Assembly: GCA_051004775.1 (NCBI GenBank)
Contig: JBPCJZ010000176.1
Location: 1 to 53,041 of the forward strand
DNA from: Gemmatimonadota bacterium
GTDB lineage: Bacteria; Gemmatimonadota; Gemmatimonadetes; Palauibacterales; Palauibacteraceae
Length of the DNA stretch: 53,041 nt
Reading direction: 5' to 3'
In this document: in pieces, positions 38,384 to 47,799 of the stretch
How positions within the stretch are numbered: the stretch's first letter is position 1
How the letters are laid out: each line of letters begins with the position of its first letter
Notes under the pieces: model-generated
Told to the model about the DNA's origin: nothing
The model's database searches: none
The model's input: only the letters and a program-made list of their open reading frames with translations
Program-made: the position numbers and the translations under genes

Positions 38384-38429
38384 CCGTGGCGCGAATCGAA
38401 CGTTCGTTCCGAGGTCGACGGGTGGCTGG

Positions 38430-39839
38430 ATGAAGCTGGGGCTCGTCAGCCTGGGATGTGACAAGAACACCGTCGACTCGGAGCGGCTCTTGGCCGCACT
38501 GGCCGGCCATGGGGCAGAGCACGTGGCCGATTTGGGCACCGCGGATGTGATCGTGGTGAACACCTGCGGCTTCATCGACGCGGCCAAGGAAGAGTCGATC
38601 GACACGCTCCTCGACGTCGCTCGCCTGAAGCGTGACGGGGGCGTCCAGGCCGTCGTCGCGCTCGGCTGCCTGGTCGAGCAGTACCGCGAAGAGCTCGAGC
38701 CCGCCCTTCCCGAGGTCGACATGTTCATCGGATTGCGCGACGTCGAGACGCTGATTCCCAGGCTGCGCGGACTCGGCCTCCTCGGGCCACGCCTCGAGGA
38801 CCACCCCGGCGTCCGAATGCCGATCGGCGATCGGAGCCACGTGCGCTACCTCAAGGTCAGCGAGGGATGCGATCACGGCTGCGCCTTCTGCGCCATCCCA
38901 CTGTGGCGCGGGAAACACCGCTCCTTCGGTACCGACGCGCTGGTCGCCGAGGCGCGACGCCTCGAGGCCCAGGGCGCCGTCGAAGTGAACCTCGTCGCGC
39001 AGGATCTCGCGTTCTACGGCCGGGAGTTCCGCGACGGAACGGATCTGGCCCTGCTGCTGCGCCGCCTGCTGGACGAGACGGACATCCCGTGGTTCCGGCT
39101 GCTCTACATCTATTCGGCCGGCCTCCGTCAGCCCCTCGTCGACCTGATCGCCTCGGAGGAGCGCGTGCTGCCCTACATCGACATGCCCATACAACACGCG
39201 AGCGACCCCGTGCTTCGGCGCATGCGGCGCCCGGAGCGCCGGGCGAAGCTGTACGGGCGAATCGCCGGCCTCCGCGCCGCGATACCCGACCTGACGCTCC
39301 GGACGACCGTTCTGGTCGGCTTCCCGGGTGAGACGGAAGAGGACTTTCGTGGACTCCTGGACTTCATGGAGGACGTGGAGTTCGACCGGCTCGGAGCGTT
39401 CGCCTTCTCTCCGCAGGCCCATACGAGAGCCGCCGAGATGGGGGACATGTATCTGCCCGACGACGTCCGGAAGGAACGCCTCGAAGAGACGATCGAGGTG
39501 CAGCGCGCGATCGGGGCGCGCCGGATGGAGCGGGAGATCGGTCGCCGGCACGAGGTCATCGTAGACCGCGTGGAAGATGGCCGGCTGGTCGGCCGGACCC
39601 GCGGCCAGGCCGACGACGTCGACGGCGTCACGATGCTGGACGGCGCCGCGGGCGACTGGCGGCCGGGGACGATCGTCGACGCGCGGGTTACGGCGGCTTC
39701 GGACTACGACCTCGAGGCCGAGATCCTCGCCGAGCGCCGCGCCGCACCGGAGTTTCCGACCGCCGCCGACGTGGTGGCTCCCGGGCGGCGGCCCCTGCCG
39801 CTTGCGACCCTCGGCCTCGACTCCGGGTGGGGACGATGA
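38430..39839 (+). CDS. rimO: ribosomal protein S12 methylthiotransferase RimO
   Basis: SLGCDKN.VDSE, NTCGFI..AKEESI, YLKVSEGCDHGCAFCAIP, TRAM domain. Confidence 0.95.
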   Translation: MKLGLVSLGCDKNTVDSERLLAALAGHGAEHVADLGTADVIVVNTCGFIDAAKEESIDTLLDVARLKRDGGVQAVVALGCLVEQYREELEPALPEVDMFIGLRDVETLIPRLRGLGLLGPRLEDHPGVRMPIGDRSHVRYLKVSEGCDHGCAFCAIPLWRGKHRSFGTDALVAEARRLEAQGAVEVNLVAQDLAFYGREFRDGTDLALLLRRLLDETDIPWFRLLYIYSAGLRQPLVDLIASEERVLPYIDMPIQHASDPVLRRMRRPERRAKLYGRIAGLRAAIPDLTLRTTVLVGFPGETEEDFRGLLDFMEDVEFDRLGAFAFSPQAHTRAAEMGDMYLPDDVRKERLEETIEVQRAIGARRMEREIGRRHEVIVDRVEDGRLVGRTRGQADDVDGVTMLDGAAGDWRPGTIVDARVTAASDYDLEAEILAERRAAPEFPTAADVVAPGRRPLPLATLGLDSGWGR

Positions 39840-41089
39840 ACGGGTCGCGGCCGGACCGCCGGCTTTCGCTCCGTTCGGCGCTCGTTCTCCCGGCCGCGGC
39901 ATTTGTCGTCGCCGCGACGCTCGGGGCGAGCCGGGCGCCACGGCCGGCCGGGCCCCCGATCCGCGTGGGCCTGGCGGTCGCGGCCGACACGGCGCTACGG
40001 CTCGCGTCCGCTGATGGCCTCGTGGTCACGGACGCACAGTCGGGGGCGAAGCTTTTCGAAGCGGCGCCGGGCGTGCCGGTCCGCATCGAGCGGCGCGGCC
40101 CGATGGCCGTCGCCGTCGCCGGCCGCAACGACGAGCGCGGAGAGTCCGTCGCCATACGCGTGGCCCCGGCAGGCGACGCTCCGGTCAACTTCGGCGGCGC
40201 CTCGTACCGCGGTGTGGTCGACGTATACGCGGTGGAAGAGGCCGGCCTGAACGCGGTCAACGAGCTGCCGCTCGAGGACTATCTGCTGGGCGTCGTGCCG
40301 ATCGAGATCGGACCGCGCGGGGAGAGCGAGCTAGCCGCGGTGGCCGCCCAGGCCGTCGCGGCCCGCACCTACGCCGTCGCCCATCTGCGGGCGCGCGAGG
40401 AGATGGGCTTCGACGTCTTCGGTTCCGTGGAGGACCAGGCGTACGGCGGGATGGCGGCGGAGCGGCCGGAATCGACCCGCGCGGTGCAGGAGACGGCGGG
40501 ACGCATCCTCATGTACGATGGCCTGCCGATCCGGGCGATGTACCACTCGACGTGCGGCGGCCGGACCGCGCCCGTGGAGGAGGTTCTCGATCGAACGCCG
40601 GCTCCGTATCTTCAATCCGTATCGGACCGCGCCCCCGACGGGACCGACTACTGCGCGGCGTCGCCCCGCTACCGGTGGGTGGAGGAGATCTCGCCCGCGG
40701 ACCTCAACGGCAGGATTCGGGCGCAGATGCGGCGAATCTTCGGGGCGCGGCCGGAGGATACGGGCGACATCCTCGGCCTGCGGATCGCGGCGCGAACGCC
40801 GACGGGACGCGTGGAAGGAATCGCGGTTCGTGGCGAGCGGGCTGAGTTCGTCCTCGAGCGGCTCGACATCCGGATCGCACTCGCGGACGCGGCCGGACGT
40901 ATCCTCGGATCGACCGACTTCGACGTGGTCATCCGCCCCGACGACGTGGTCGAGCTGCACGGCCGCGGCTTCGGCCACGGGTCGGGAATGTGCCAGTGGG
41001 GAGCGATCGGCCGGGCGAAGGCGGGGCAGGACTGGGAGAGCATCCTCCAGACCTACTATCCGGGCGCGGAGTTGGTGTCGGTATATTGA
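39836..41089 (+). CDS. SpoIID/LytB-domain lytic transglycosylase
   Basis: VNE..LEDYL.GVVP.E, AQAVAARTYA, YHSTCGG.T, G.GFGHG.GMCQWGA, IL..YYPG. Confidence 0.93.
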   Translation: MNGSRPDRRLSLRSALVLPAAAFVVAATLGASRAPRPAGPPIRVGLAVAADTALRLASADGLVVTDAQSGAKLFEAAPGVPVRIERRGPMAVAVAGRNDERGESVAIRVAPAGDAPVNFGGASYRGVVDVYAVEEAGLNAVNELPLEDYLLGVVPIEIGPRGESELAAVAAQAVAARTYAVAHLRAREEMGFDVFGSVEDQAYGGMAAERPESTRAVQETAGRILMYDGLPIRAMYHSTCGGRTAPVEEVLDRTPAPYLQSVSDRAPDGTDYCAASPRYRWVEEISPADLNGRIRAQMRRIFGARPEDTGDILGLRIAARTPTGRVEGIAVRGERAEFVLERLDIRIALADAAGRILGSTDFDVVIRPDDVVELHGRGFGHGSGMCQWGAIGRAKAGQDWESILQTYYPGAELVSVY

Positions 41090-41171
41090 ACGTGATGTCG
41101 GTGTATCAATGATGAAATGTCTGAGATCGACGCGCACCAGCGCGGAGAACTATACGAAAGGACGACGAGCG

Positions 41172-41825
41172 ATGGGTGGCATGGGAAGAGGGAACGTGGT
41201 CCGACGGAGCCTGGCGGTGGTCACCGGGCTGGTCGCCTTCGGTGCGCTGGCCCGGCCGGTCGAGGCGCAAAACCTGGAAGAGTACGACTACACGAACCTC
41301 GGGTTCCGGGCGATCGGCGCAGAAGTCCTGTTCGTAGACCCTACCCAGAACGAGGGCACGTTCGGGCTCGGAGTACGGATGGACCTGGGTTTCCTCGGGC
41401 CGGGAATCCGCGTCGTGCCGCGCTTCGGCTACTGGAAGGCGGACGTGAACAGCCAGTCGGTCACCGAGCTCGAAGCGCAGCTCGAAGATGTATCGGAGCT
41501 TCCGCCGGGGAGCATCAACCTGGGGCAGATCCAGCGGTCGGCCTACGTGTTCGCCGCCGACCTCCAGTACATCACCTCCATCTCCACCGTGTCTCCGTAC
41601 ATCGGGGCCGGGGTGGACGTGTACGCGCTGAATGACGACGGAAACGCCATCAGCGGCACGTTCCTCGACGATGCAGTCGTCACGGCGGGCCTCTCCGTCG
41701 TCGGCGGCCTCCAGTTCGCGCTCTCGCCAGATTGGAGCGCCTACGGTGAGTTCCGCGCCACGGCCGTGACCGACGCGAGCAGCCTGGGCGGCGCGTTCGG
41801 CGTCTACTACACCTTCGGGCCGTGA
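41172..41825 (+). CDS. small outer-membrane beta-barrel protein
   Basis: Signal peptide ending VEA-Q, alternating amphipathic strands, SPYIGAG, C-terminal GVYYTFGP. Confidence 0.8.
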   Translation: MGGMGRGNVVRRSLAVVTGLVAFGALARPVEAQNLEEYDYTNLGFRAIGAEVLFVDPTQNEGTFGLGVRMDLGFLGPGIRVVPRFGYWKADVNSQSVTELEAQLEDVSELPPGSINLGQIQRSAYVFAADLQYITSISTVSPYIGAGVDVYALNDDGNAISGTFLDDAVVTAGLSVVGGLQFALSPDWSAYGEFRATAVTDASSLGGAFGVYYTFGP

Positions 41826-41838
41826 CCTCGACCGCGAC

Positions 41839-42846
41839 GTGAAGGACGTGAGGATCGCCGTTCTCGGGGCGGGCGGAGCCGCGCAGGTGGTACACCTGCC
41901 CATCCTGGCCCGTCTCGCGGGCGTGGAGATCGTCGGCATCGCCGATCCGGACCGCCGCAAGGCGGCCACGATCGGCGAGCGGTTCGGCGTCTCCACGATC
42001 GCCGCGGACCTTCCATCCCTGCTGCCGGACGAGCCGCTCGACGCCGTCCTCCTCTGTACGCCCAACGGCGCCCACGAAGAGGGAGTGCTCGCGGCGCTGG
42101 AACGGGGCGCCCACGTGCTGTGCGAGCGTCCCCTGACCGTGTCGAGCGAGTCCGCGCGCCGGCTCGTGGCGGCGGCGGACTCCGCCGGGCGGCAGCTCAT
42201 GGTCGCGAACAACCATCGGTATCGGCACGATTTCCGGCTCCTCCGTCAGTTCGTCGCAAGCGGAGAACTGGGCGAGGTGTTCTTCGTGCGCTCGCGCTGG
42301 CTCAATCGCAGGTCACGCCGGCCGCGCCGCGGCTGGCGGACCGACCCTAAGTACGCCGGCGGCGGCGTGCTGATGGACCTGGGCGCCCAGGCGCTGGACC
42401 TGGCGTTGTGGTCGATGGGCTACCCCGAGATCCGCCGGCTCTCTTGCCAGCTCGCTGGAGACAAGGGCGTCGAGACGAGCGCCTTCATGCATCTCGGCAC
42501 CGCGGAAGGCGCGACGATCCAGGTCGAGGTGACGTGGGAGCTGATCGACGACCGGGATCAGCACGAGTTGACGATCCTCGGCTCAGAGGGAAGCGCCGAG
42601 TCGGCGCCTCTACGCGTCCATCGCCGGCTGGAGACGGGGATCGCGGACGTGACGCCGCCGCTGTCACGGGCGCCGAGCGCGCTGTACCAGGACTCGTACC
42701 GGCAGGAATGGGCCTACTTCCTGAGAATCGCCCGGGGCGAGGCTCCCATCGAGGCGGAGACCCGTCAGATCGCGCTGATGGAGATCGTGGAGGCGTGTTA
42801 CCGATCGGCGGACACGAAGGCGGAGGTCAGCCTCCAGGCGACGTGA
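41839..42846 (+). CDS. Gfo/Idh/MocA oxidoreductase
   Basis: IAVLGAG, CTPN..H, HVLCERP, GGGVLMDLG. Confidence 0.92.
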   Translation: MKDVRIAVLGAGGAAQVVHLPILARLAGVEIVGIADPDRRKAATIGERFGVSTIAADLPSLLPDEPLDAVLLCTPNGAHEEGVLAALERGAHVLCERPLTVSSESARRLVAAADSAGRQLMVANNHRYRHDFRLLRQFVASGELGEVFFVRSRWLNRRSRRPRRGWRTDPKYAGGGVLMDLGAQALDLALWSMGYPEIRRLSCQLAGDKGVETSAFMHLGTAEGATIQVEVTWELIDDRDQHELTILGSEGSAESAPLRVHRRLETGIADVTPPLSRAPSALYQDSYRQEWAYFLRIARGEAPIEAETRQIALMEIVEACYRSADTKAEVSLQAT

Positions 42847-43852
42847 CCGTTCCATCGGCCGCGGGCGTGTCCGCCGGAGCGACTTCGTCCGCCGGAGCGA
42901 CTTCGTTCGCCGCCGGCCGGATCACGAAGAACCCGTCATCTCCCTGCCGCTGATACAGCGGCAGGAACAGCAGTCCGTCCATCGGGATCCGTACCTCACC
43001 GCTCGCGTCGCGCGCGATGACCTGCCCGCGCTCCACCGGCTCGAAATTCCGATGTCCCGACGCCATCACGAAGCCGTCGGCCGTCGTGATTCCGCGTCGG
43101 TAGACCACCTCGTAGACGTCGGGCAATCCGGCCCGCGCGATCCCGATGCGGCGGCGGCAGTCGGCCACGTCGACCAGTCCCGATTCCTCCGGTACGATGC
43201 CGGCCTCGACCAGGGTGAGCCCCAGCGCCGCCTCGTGGAGATCGACGGCCGCCGGGTCGTCGTGTCGCCCCGCTTCCACGCCAAAGCCGAGCGGTCCGAA
43301 CTCGTGGAGGTATGTCAGCATCGCGCCGTCGAGCTGCTCTTCGATCCCGCGGACGATCGGCATCCCGAGGCGCCGCGCGAACGCCTCGACCGCCACGTCG
43401 AGCCCTGTCGTGACGAACGGCGCGCTGTCGGAGGATGTGGTGTGGAGATCGATCACGTAGCGGGGCCCGTCCCATTCCCGCAGGAGGGGGACGATCGCGC
43501 GGATCAGCGAAGCCTGGGCCCGGTCCTCGGGCGCCTCGGGCCGCGCGTCCAGTCGGGCGGCGCGCGTCGTGGTCCAGCCCCGGTTCAAGTCGCGGTCGAT
43601 GAACCGCTCGCCTTCCCCGAGGGCTTCCAGGTTGCCGGCGAACGCGATGAAGCGGCCGCGGAGCAACGCGGCGTCGGGGCCGAGGCGCCGCAGGACGCGG
43701 CGCAGCGCGTGGACGCCCGAGGGTTCGTTCCCGTGCAGGCCCCCGACGGCGATGACGAGGGCCGTCCCGTCCCCGATGTCGCCACCGTTCAGTCGACCCA
43801 GTTCGTGATGGTCCGGGCGCAGAGCGTCGGGAAGGAAGGGGCCGGAGCTCAC
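42827..43852 (-). CDS. succinylglutamate desuccinylase/aspartoacylase (AstE/AspA, M14-like) deacylase
   Basis: GGLHGNEPSG, RFIDRDLNRGW, IDLHTTS, EAGRH, LFLPLYQ.QG.DGFF. GTG 43852 overlaps the upstream stop (GTGA). Confidence 0.9.
   Translation of the reverse strand: MSSGPFLPDALRPDHHELGRLNGGDIGDGTALVIAVGGLHGNEPSGVHALRRVLRRLGPDAALLRGRFIAFAGNLEALGEGERFIDRDLNRGWTTTRAARLDARPEAPEDRAQASLIRAIVPLLREWDGPRYVIDLHTTSSDSAPFVTTGLDVAVEAFARRLGMPIVRGIEEQLDGAMLTYLHEFGPLGFGVEAGRHDDPAAVDLHEAALGLTLVEAGIVPEESGLVDVADCRRRIGIARAGLPDVYEVVYRRGITTADGFVMASGHRNFEPVERGQVIARDASGEVRIPMDGLLFLPLYQRQGDDGFFVIRPAANEVAPADEVAPADTPAADGTVTSPGG
42869..42912. repeat. 18-bp tandem duplication in the deacylase C-terminal tail
   Basis: GTCCGCCGGAGCGACTTC x2 plus a partial copy; encodes EVAPAD x2. 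Confidence 0.85.
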
Positions 43853-45765
43853 TCGCGCAGCATCTCCTCGAGGAGGATGCCGGCGACCCGCATGAAGTCG
43901 TGTTCCGTGATGAGGCCGACCAGGCGTCCGTCCTGGACGACGGGCAGGCAGGAGATCCGGTGGCCCCGCATGAGCTCGATGGCCTCGAGGGTCGGCATGT
44001 CGGCAGGCGCCGTGATGAGCTCGCTCTCCATCACTTCGCGGACCGCAAGGGTTCCGTTGCTCTGCCGGCTGTGTTCGCTGGCGAGGAACCGCAGCAGCGG
44101 GCGAAGCGAGACCAGGCCGACGAGTCGATGGTCGTTGTCCTCCACCGGCACGTGGTGGAGGCGGTGCCAGTCCATGAGGTTCGTGACGAGCTCGATCGGC
44201 TCGTCCTCGTTCACGGTGAGCAGGTCCGTCTGCATGTACTGTTCGAGCCTCTGGTAGCTGGAGCGCAGCCCTCCCCCGTCCGCCAGCCGCGCCGGTTCCC
44301 ACTCGTGCACCGGTTTTCCTTCCGCCTGCCGGTCGAGGGTGGCGGCCACCAGCGCGGCGAGCCGCTCCTCGAGCGTCCCCTCGCGTCCCATTCCGGTGAG
44401 GGAACCGAGCATCCAGCGCGCGCCGGTAGCGCGCCGCTCGACCCGTTCGCGCACCGTGCCGAGGTACCGGTCGATGTCCGCCGCGTCGATGCCGCACGCG
44501 GCCAGCCCGGTCTCGGCCAGGGGGAGCAAGTGGTTGCAGATCAAGTCCTGCGCGTTGAACGAAGCGCCGTCGAACCACTCCATCTGCGCGTCGAGGCCGA
44601 GGCGTGCCGCCGCCACGAAATTGGTGTGCACCGCGTCGAACTCCATGCGCTCCCGAACGTCCTCGCCGGAGTTCGCCAGGGCGCTGACCAGCCCGTACCA
44701 GAAGGCGGCGTTGGCAACCTCGTCCTGCACCGTCGGTCCGGACGGGAGAACGCGGTTCTCGATGCGCAGGTGGGCGTTGCCGCAGTCCCCGACGCCGTAG
44801 CAGGCGCGGTTCCAGCGATACACGGTGCCGTTGAACAACTGGAGCGCCTTCAGGGCGGGCGCGCGCCCCGCTTCGATGGCCTCGAACGGGTCTTCGTCGA
44901 TCTCGCGGCCCAGGATGACCTTGAACCGGGAGATGTCCTCGTGGAAGATGTCGAGCACCGAGTTGTGCACCCAGTCGCGGCCAAAGCTCACGCGGGGAGA
45001 AATGTCCCTCAGCTCCGGCATCGTCTGCCGCGTATCCACGGACTGCTGGAAGACAGCGATCCGCGTCTCGTGCCACAGCCGCCGCCCGAGCATGATCGGC
45101 GAATTGACCGCAGCCGCGAGGACGGGCGCCGTCACGGCGAGGGCGATGTTGTAGAGGCGCACGAACTCTTCGGGGCCGACCTGGAAATGGACCTGGAAGC
45201 TCGCGTTGCACGCCTCCAGCATCACCGACTCGTGGGTCAGCCGCAGCTCGTCCGTCCCCTTGATGTAGAGGACGTACGGGCCTCCGCGCAGCCTGGTCAG
45301 CGCCTCGTTGAGCGCGTAGTAGCGCTGCGCGGGGACCATGTTCTCCAGGGTCAGGTCGGACTTCCGGAGCGTGGGCAGGATCCCGGTCAGGACGGGGCGA
45401 GCCCCGAGGCCCACCAGGGCGTCGCGGACGATGTCGAGCAGATCCCCGATCTGCACCTCCATCCGCCGCAGGCAGTCACCTCCGAACTCGAGCGGCTCAG
45501 AATTGCACTCGAGGTTGAAGCGACCGATCTCGCTCGTCACCCGCGGGTCCTCGATGCGTTCGAGCGCCTCGACGGCTACCGGGGCCGGACGATAGACCTC
45601 GTCGACGAGGAACATCTCCTGCTCGAGGCCGATGCGGCGAATGCCGGATTCGATGGCGCCGGTCTCGAGCATCCGCTCCAGGGCGCGGACGTCACGCAAC
45701 AGAGCCTGCGTGAAGACGCGCAGCTCCTCCTGATCGACGGCGAGATTTACGTCGTTTACGCCCAT
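43849..45765 (-). CDS. glutamate-cysteine ligase family 2 (GCS2-like) carboxylate-amine ligase fused to a CBS pair
   Basis: IGLEQEM.LVD, E.G.FNLE.N, SFQVH.Q, NSP, ETRI..FQQS.DTR, GTVYRWNR, HLRIENR.LP.GP; C-terminal tandem CBS (HHVPV..LVGLV; ISCLPVV..LVGLITE.D). Confidence 0.88.
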   Translation of the reverse strand: MGVNDVNLAVDQEELRVFTQALLRDVRALERMLETGAIESGIRRIGLEQEMFLVDEVYRPAPVAVEALERIEDPRVTSEIGRFNLECNSEPLEFGGDCLRRMEVQIGDLLDIVRDALVGLGARPVLTGILPTLRKSDLTLENMVPAQRYYALNEALTRLRGGPYVLYIKGTDELRLTHESVMLEACNASFQVHFQVGPEEFVRLYNIALAVTAPVLAAAVNSPIMLGRRLWHETRIAVFQQSVDTRQTMPELRDISPRVSFGRDWVHNSVLDIFHEDISRFKVILGREIDEDPFEAIEAGRAPALKALQLFNGTVYRWNRACYGVGDCGNAHLRIENRVLPSGPTVQDEVANAAFWYGLVSALANSGEDVRERMEFDAVHTNFVAAARLGLDAQMEWFDGASFNAQDLICNHLLPLAETGLAACGIDAADIDRYLGTVRERVERRATGARWMLGSLTGMGREGTLEERLAALVAATLDRQAEGKPVHEWEPARLADGGGLRSSYQRLEQYMQTDLLTVNEDEPIELVTNLMDWHRLHHVPVEDNDHRLVGLVSLRPLLRFLASEHSRQSNGTLAVREVMESELITAPADMPTLEAIELMRGHRISCLPVVQDGRLVGLITEHDFMRVAGILLEEMLRE

Positions 45766-45773
45766 GGGGGCGC

Positions 45774-45802
45774 AAGGTCGCCACGACGCAGGATCAGGAC
45801 AA
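45774..45802 (-). promoter_or_regulatory. sigma70-like promoter, near-leaderless geometry, for the ligase-deacylase pair
   Basis: TTGTCC-N17-GACCTT, 8 nt before ATG 45765; no SD. Confidence 0.45.
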
Positions 45803-45848
45803 GCCCGCCGGCTCCAGCGTGCCGTGGGCCGCCCCGGCTGGCGGGCCG

Positions 45849-47795
45849 TCAGCGGGTGAACGGCTCCGGGTCGATGAGGGCCGCCGCCTCCGCCTCGAGC
45901 GCATTCAGCGTTTCCAGCGTCACCAGGCGAAGCGTGCGGACTTCACCAGGGATCAGCGGATGCACGGGGAAGCGCACGCCCCAGTCCGTCACGGCGTACG
46001 GGAGCCGGAGATCCCCCTCGAACGGTACCCGTTCGCCGCCGGGAAGCGTCACGTCGAGCCAGACTTCGCGCGCCGCGGAACCGGAGGGAGCCTGGAGAAT
46101 CAGTTCGAGTTCCCCGCCGAGTCCAATTTCGCGCAGCTCGACGCGCATGGCCCCGCGATCCAGCCACCAGCGGGCGATCTCCGCGCCGGTCGCTACCCAC
46201 CACAGATCCCGCTGCGCCACGACACTGTCGAGCACCGAGCCAATCACGCCAATCTGGCCCGGCGTGCCGGCGATCTGCGTGTGCAGGCTGACGAAAGCGA
46301 GGCCGCCGAGAGCGCCCAGCTTGTTCATTCCGTCGACGTAGGCGGCGAGAATACGCTCCGGGCGACGCGTGCCCTCCTGCACGACCACGTTGTAGTCGTC
46401 CTTCATCAGCCGCGGCAGCACCACGATGGGTCCTTCCGGATACCGAAAGACCTCGGGCGCGGCGGAGCGCGCGGCGTTGACGGCCGCGACGTACGCGGTG
46501 CCGCGCTGTTGCCCCGCACTGCGCAGCCAGGCCCGCAGCGTGCCTTCGTCGAACCGTTCCTCGGGCGGGCGGAGGCCAACGACCTCGCCCGAGGACCAGC
46601 TCTCGAGCTCGCGACGGCTGCGGTCCAGGCGGATCTCCTGCTCGCCCATCGGCAGCCCTACGGTCGGTACGTGATCGAACGTGTGGCTCCCGATTTCACC
46701 GGCCGCACGCAGCGAGTCGGCAAGGTGGGGATGCTCGAGAGCCTGCTCGGAAACGGCGAAGAACGTTCCCTTCATGTCGTGCTCGCGCAGGATCCGCGCG
46801 AGTCCCGCGGCGTTGGCGAAGCCGCTCTCGCTGTCCTCGGCGATGAGCAAGCCGGCGCGGCGCCCCTCCGGCCACGGCGAAACCTCCGCGACCGGCAGGC
46901 CGGCGGCCCACTGGACGGCATTGCGAACGAGGCGTGCGACGCGCGCCTGGTCGAGCGGCCGCGCCGCCTGTCGCGGACGGAAGCCGATCCAAACGGCTCG
47001 CCCGCCGCCGAGCGTCGTCTGGAGCGCCAGCGCACCGTCGGTCGCAGACGTACCGCCCTCGGACACGCTGTTGAGCGCCCAGTCGGACCAGTACACCCTG
47101 GGGCCGGGCGTGAGCAGGCCGAGGTGGCTGTCGGCGTAGAACTCGATCCGCGCGCCCGGCGGGAGGCCCCCGGAGACCGGCAGACCGGCCGGCACGGTGA
47201 TGAACAGTTCGTCCCGCGGCTGATACTCGACGAAGTCGAGCGCCCCCGTGAAGTCGCGCAGGGTATCCCAGCCGCGCCAGCGGCATCGCGCGTCCCGTGC
47301 ACCCAGCGCCCAGTTGGCGACCACGCCGCCGCCCCTGCGCAGGTGGCGAAACAGCGCCTCGACCTCCGCGGCACTGAGGCAGAGAGCTTCCGGCGCGATC
47401 ACGAGACTGCCGGCGGGCAGTGCGTCGAGCTCGGAGCGCGACCCGATGCGGCGGGCACGCCATCCGAGCGCGCCGAGGGTACGGTCCCACTCCGCGAGAG
47501 CACCAGGCAGGTAGGTCGAGTCGGGGAAATACGACGACGTCGCGGCATTGGCGTACAGGACGACGTCCACGGGCCGCGCGAGCACCGCCCGCGGGCCGTC
47601 GGACTCCTCGGGCAGGGGCGGGGGAACGTCGCTGACCGCGGCGGCCTTCCGCGCGAGACTGTTGATGTCCACGTCCTGCCACAGTGCGGCGGCGGCGGCG
47701 ACGAGCAGGCCGGCGAGCACGCCCAGCAACAGGAGCCCGCCCAGCCAGTGTAAGGCGGATCTGGCGCGTGGCACCGGATTGTTTCTCGGAGGCAC
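45849..47795 (-). CDS. membrane-anchored polysaccharide deacetylase (GATase-like domain + CE4/NodB-like + beta-rich C-domain)
   Basis: N-terminal TM; LVI.P...CLS..E..AL...LRRGG.VV; AEDSE, GTFF, EIGSHTFDH, GLRPP, LHTQ, W.AT..EIA.WW. Start uncertain (47852/47795/47774). Confidence 0.85.
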   Translation of the reverse strand: MPPRNNPVPRARSALHWLGGLLLLGVLAGLLVAAAAALWQDVDINSLARKAAAVSDVPPPLPEESDGPRAVLARPVDVVLYANAATSSYFPDSTYLPGALAEWDRTLGALGWRARRIGSRSELDALPAGSLVIAPEALCLSAAEVEALFRHLRRGGGVVANWALGARDARCRWRGWDTLRDFTGALDFVEYQPRDELFITVPAGLPVSGGLPPGARIEFYADSHLGLLTPGPRVYWSDWALNSVSEGGTSATDGALALQTTLGGGRAVWIGFRPRQAARPLDQARVARLVRNAVQWAAGLPVAEVSPWPEGRRAGLLIAEDSESGFANAAGLARILREHDMKGTFFAVSEQALEHPHLADSLRAAGEIGSHTFDHVPTVGLPMGEQEIRLDRSRRELESWSSGEVVGLRPPEERFDEGTLRAWLRSAGQQRGTAYVAAVNAARSAAPEVFRYPEGPIVVLPRLMKDDYNVVVQEGTRRPERILAAYVDGMNKLGALGGLAFVSLHTQIAGTPGQIGVIGSVLDSVVAQRDLWWVATGAEIARWWLDRGAMRVELREIGLGGELELILQAPSGSAAREVWLDVTLPGGERVPFEGDLRLPYAVTDWGVRFPVHPLIPGEVRTLRLVTLETLNALEAEAAALIDPEPFTR

Positions 47796-47799
47796 GAGG

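Noticed and set aside
39836-41089. SpoIID as evidence of sporulation
   Set aside because: SpoIID/LytB proteins are common in non-sporulating diderms, and the window encodes LptD, Tol-Pal and LolA.
41076-41110. TGTCGGTRTA direct repeat with 20-bp period before the OMP gene
   Set aside because: There are only two short copies, one inside the spoIID coding end; too weak to call a binding site.
42827-45211. 794-aa ORF suggesting a long N-terminal fusion on the deacylase
   Set aside because: The first ~450 codons are an alternative frame of the ligase gene (Arg/Gly/Pro-rich nonsense). The real start is the GTGA overlap at 43852.
45766-45848. Ligase/deacylase pair as part of the EPS operon (glutamylating deacetylated sugar amines)
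   Set aside because: Attractive but unsupported. The 83-nt gap holds a GC hairpin (45803-45846) and a separate promoter-like element, and the ligase is cytoplasmic while the deacetylase is predicted to be extracytoplasmic. Conserved synteny would reopen the question.
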